A stretch of 64,000 nucleotides of DNA from an uncultured Desulfosarcina sp. Lineage in GTDB: Bacteria; Desulfobacterota; Desulfobacteria; Desulfobacterales; Desulfosarcinaceae. The stretch covers positions 2,144,001 to 2,208,000 of the forward strand of contig CAXXWQ010000004.1 in the NCBI GenBank assembly GCA_963674945.2, given 5' to 3'. The notes below the pieces were generated by a model. The model saw nothing but the letters and a program-made list of their open reading frames with translations. It did not search any database and had not been told where the DNA came from. Made by a program: the position numbers and the translations under genes. Below are positions 60,871 through 64,000 of the stretch, in pieces (position 1 is the first letter of the stretch; each line of letters opens with the position of its first letter).

Positions 60871-61290
60871 TTAGTTCTTAATAACGACCTGGTAAGTGTC
60901 ACCGTCGATCCAGCCTTTATTGCTTTGGACATTGAAAGGACTGGCCGAAGTATAGTCGGGAGGGCATCGTCCGGATGCATCGTCGACTTGAATCGTAATT
61001 TCGGTATTCGGGTCCGGTGCAATAATTGTGTAGGCATTATTGGTTGGAATAAAATGACGGCTGCCGTCAGAAATGGTATTGTTGGTTGGAATTGAAAAGT
61101 AATCTCCGATTGCCGTTGCTAAATTGTTGGCATCCGATTCCACCCCAGAGCAGAAGCTCTTGTTTCGATAGGCGATAAAGTTGGGGATGGCGATGGCCGC
61201 AAGGATGCCGATGATGGCAATTACGATCATCAATTCGATTAGTGTAAACCCCATACCATCCAATTTTCTTAATTCTTTATTCATATTCAT
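60871..61290 (-). CDS. pilA: Type IVa pilin
   Basis: G|FTLIELMIVIAIIGILAAIAIPNF prepilin cleavage/methylation motif. Confidence 0.92.
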   Translation of the reverse strand: MNMNKELRKLDGMGFTLIELMIVIAIIGILAAIAIPNFIAYRNKSFCSGVESDANNLATAIGDYFSIPTNNTISDGSRHFIPTNNAYTIIAPDPNTEITIQVDDASGRCPPDYTSASPFNVQSNKGWIDGDTYQVVIKN

Positions 61291-61329
61291 TGATATGCAA
61301 AAGATTTATGAAAGCTGGAAATGGTTTAA

Positions 61330-61346
61330 TGCATATAAAATGCCAA
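61330..61346 (-). promoter_or_regulatory. sigma54 promoter of pilA
   Basis: TTGGCATTTTATATGCA (GG-N10-GC) about 40 nt upstream of start. Confidence 0.7.
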
Positions 61347-61956
61347 CAATGAGAATGCTTGAGCATGAAGATATAACCAGCTAAAATATTAAAGTATTGT
61401 ATCGTTTTTATATGATTGGCCCTTTAAACAAAGTGCTTGTGGGTGTCAATATTTCGTAGAGTAAGCCAAAAAATGTCGTGATGTGATTGATCCGGATTTC
61501 CATCTCTGCCAGCAATTGCTTTTGTCAAGGGACTTCAAAGATGGTATTCAAAAGAGATCTGTCCTATTTCGGGTTTGTTATTAAAAAATATCTATACGTT
61601 TTCGACAGACGGGTGTTTTTCAAACTGGCCGTTCTTACAGCCATTCTCGTTGTTTCGGTTGTCTTTTTGGCACTGATCTTTTCGCATCCCCAATAGAAAT
61701 GTTCGTTGCGGAACGCACCCGTTTCCGGATGGACGGGACGGATTGGCGGCAGGCGCCTTTTGACACAGGCGCGTCATTGTTCGAAAGCGACAGCGAGATC
61801 GAAAACAACTTTTTTCGCAATGGATTCATCGCTCCGCAAACGACTCCATGTACACCTGTCACAAACAAAGCATATCCGATGGGGGTACTTGTTTTTACTT
61901 CTCGATTAACGTTCGATTACCATTTGCCAAAGGACCGGCTTGTGGGAGGAGGAAAA

Positions 61957-63498
61957 ATGGAACTTTTAAGAAAACTGGGCATCGAAGAAATGAATTTCGG
62001 CGCAACGACGGGAACAAAAGGGGGCAGGATCGAGGCGACGGGGCCAAAAATCAAGTCCTATTCGCCCATCGACGGCAAGCCCATCGCAACCATCATTCAG
62101 GCCGGTCCACAGGATTACGAGACCTTGATCAGCAAGGCGCAGGAGGCCTTCGTGAGGTGGCGCAAGATGCCTGGGCCCAGTCGGGGCGCGGTGGTCCGGC
62201 AGATCGCCGATGCCCTGCGTATCCACAAGCGGGCACTTGGCAGACTGGTCTCCCTGGAGGTGGGAAAAATTCAGGCCGAAGGGGAAGGGGAAGTTCAGGA
62301 GATGATTGACATCGCGGACTTCGCCGTTGGACTGTCCCGCCAGCTTTACGGCCTGACCATGGCCTCGGAGCGGCCCCGCCACCGCATGTTCGAACAGTGG
62401 CACCCCTTAGGACCCGTGGGGGTCATCACATCCTTCAATTTTCCCGTGGCCGTGTGGTCCTGGAATGCATTCATTGCATCGGTCTGCGGAGACGTGGTCG
62501 TGTGGAAGCCCAGTTCAAAGTCGGCCCTTTGTGCGCTGGCCGTGCAGAATCTCATTGACCCCATATTGGATGCACATGACCTGTCCGGTGTATTCACCCT
62601 GGTGATCGGTTCCGGAAGGGATATCGGCGAGCTTCTCATCAACGACCGGCGTATCCCCCTGATCAGTGCCACCGGGAGCTGTGCCATGGGGAGAAAAGTC
62701 GGGCAGACCGTGGCCGCCCGTTTGGGGAGATCGATCCTTGAGCTGGGTGGCAACAACGCCATTATCATCGCCGAAGATGCGGACTTGGACCTTGCGCTAC
62801 GGGCTGTCGTGTTCGGCGCGGTGGGCACCGCCGGCCAGCGCTGCACGTCCACTCGCAGGGTCATCGTTCACCGATCGGTCAAGGATCGGTTTCTTGGTGC
62901 CCTTGCCGATGCCTACGCACAAGTCAAGGTGGGCGATCCCCTCGAACAAGACGTTCTCATGGGGCCTTTGATCGACAAGACTGCCGTCGATGTCATGATG
63001 AACACCTTACAGATGGCCGAAGCGCAAGGGGGCCGAATCGCCTTCGGAGGAAAACGGGTTGCGCCGGCCGGCCTGGAGGGCGGGCACTACGTGCAGCCCA
63101 CCATCATCGAAGCGGATAGACATTTGGCCGTCATGGGCGAAGAGACCTTTGCCCCCATCCTCTACGTTGTTGCCTACGATACAATTGAAGAGGCCATACA
63201 GATTCACAACGGGGTTGACCAAGGCCTGTCCTCGGCAATCTTCACCGACTCCTTGAGATATTCCGAGGCCTTCTTATCCCATGAGGGATCGGATTGTGGC
63301 ATTGCCAATGTGAATATCGGGACCAGCGGGGCGGAGATCGGTGGTGCCTTCGGCGGCGAGAAAGATACCGGCGGCGGACGGGAGGCCGGCTCGGACGCTT
63401 GGAAAGCCTATATGCGGCGTCAAACCAATACCATCAACTGGAGCGGTGAAATGCCTCTGGCCCAGGGCATTCGGTTCGACATATCGCCGGACGGATGA
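61957..63498 (+). CDS. ALDH7/antiquitin-type aldehyde dehydrogenase (piperideine-6-carboxylate dehydrogenase-like)
   Basis: GEGEVQEMIDI.DFAVGLSRQLYG, LELGGNNA, GTAGQRCT, SGAEIGGAFGGEK; GGAGG RBS before ATG 61957. Confidence 0.92.
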   Translation: MELLRKLGIEEMNFGATTGTKGGRIEATGPKIKSYSPIDGKPIATIIQAGPQDYETLISKAQEAFVRWRKMPGPSRGAVVRQIADALRIHKRALGRLVSLEVGKIQAEGEGEVQEMIDIADFAVGLSRQLYGLTMASERPRHRMFEQWHPLGPVGVITSFNFPVAVWSWNAFIASVCGDVVVWKPSSKSALCALAVQNLIDPILDAHDLSGVFTLVIGSGRDIGELLINDRRIPLISATGSCAMGRKVGQTVAARLGRSILELGGNNAIIIAEDADLDLALRAVVFGAVGTAGQRCTSTRRVIVHRSVKDRFLGALADAYAQVKVGDPLEQDVLMGPLIDKTAVDVMMNTLQMAEAQGGRIAFGGKRVAPAGLEGGHYVQPTIIEADRHLAVMGEETFAPILYVVAYDTIEEAIQIHNGVDQGLSSAIFTDSLRYSEAFLSHEGSDCGIANVNIGTSGAEIGGAFGGEKDTGGGREAGSDAWKAYMRRQTNTINWSGEMPLAQGIRFDISPDG

Positions 63499-64000
63499 GA
63501 AGAAAGAAGATGCGGAAACGCAATCCGTTATTCCATGGAGCATCGAACCGCCACCGATCGATTGGTAGTTCCTGCCTATCAACCGGCACCCAACCGGCTC
63601 ACATTGCGCAATCCCGTTGCTGCCGTATCTTTTGAGCAAGCAGGACAAACAACGACAGAACAATCAATTAGAGAGGTGACATCATGGCCGATAATAGAAC
63701 GCAGGACTACTTTGACGACAGGAATGAAGGACACGTTGATACCCGCGAGAGAAACTTCGAGTGTGAAAACAAAGATGAACATCTGGGATGCGATCCAGGG
63801 ATCGATGTCGCGGGATAACCGAAAGGAAGGTGCCCTATGGTAGGAACGATGATAACACTGGTTACGCTGGGTTACTATATCAACAGATGCATCGCCGGCC
63901 GGTCATCACAAGCCAATTGCAGGATCTGAGGGCATGAGAAACGGCAGAGCTTCGTACCAATAGAGAAAGATATCTTGTCCGCCGAAATGGCGGTGAACGG

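Overview
64 kb of a bacterial chromosome, most likely an anaerobic Desulfobacterales-type deltaproteobacterium (inferred from gene content). Core metabolic loci are malic enzyme (truncated at the left edge), frdCAB, nfnAB, citrate synthase, nqrABCDEF, an acetyl-CoA hydrolase/CoA-transferase and an ALDH7-type aldehyde dehydrogenase. These are interspersed with AT-richer accessory patches, several gene remnants and a sigma54-controlled RND efflux operon. Best candidate for an undescribed system (10.5-16.0 kb): a W/Mo-bis-pterin AOR-family enzyme with BamB/YdhV-like features plus a ferredoxin, divergent from two tandem URO-D/MtaA-CmuA-fold paralogues. The second paralogue has an in-frame TGA aligned with a Cys of the first and followed by a SECIS-like hairpin, so it is a probable unannotated selenoprotein. 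Other signals: a probable sigma54-driven ~100-nt sRNA with an anti-Shine-Dalgarno tract next to pilA, a palindromic MITE family inserted in redox operons, a duplicated sigma54 promoter plus leader, a TIR protein lacking its catalytic Glu, and an NqrA retaining two 4Fe-4S motifs. All family assignments are from motif recognition by eye; no database searches were run.
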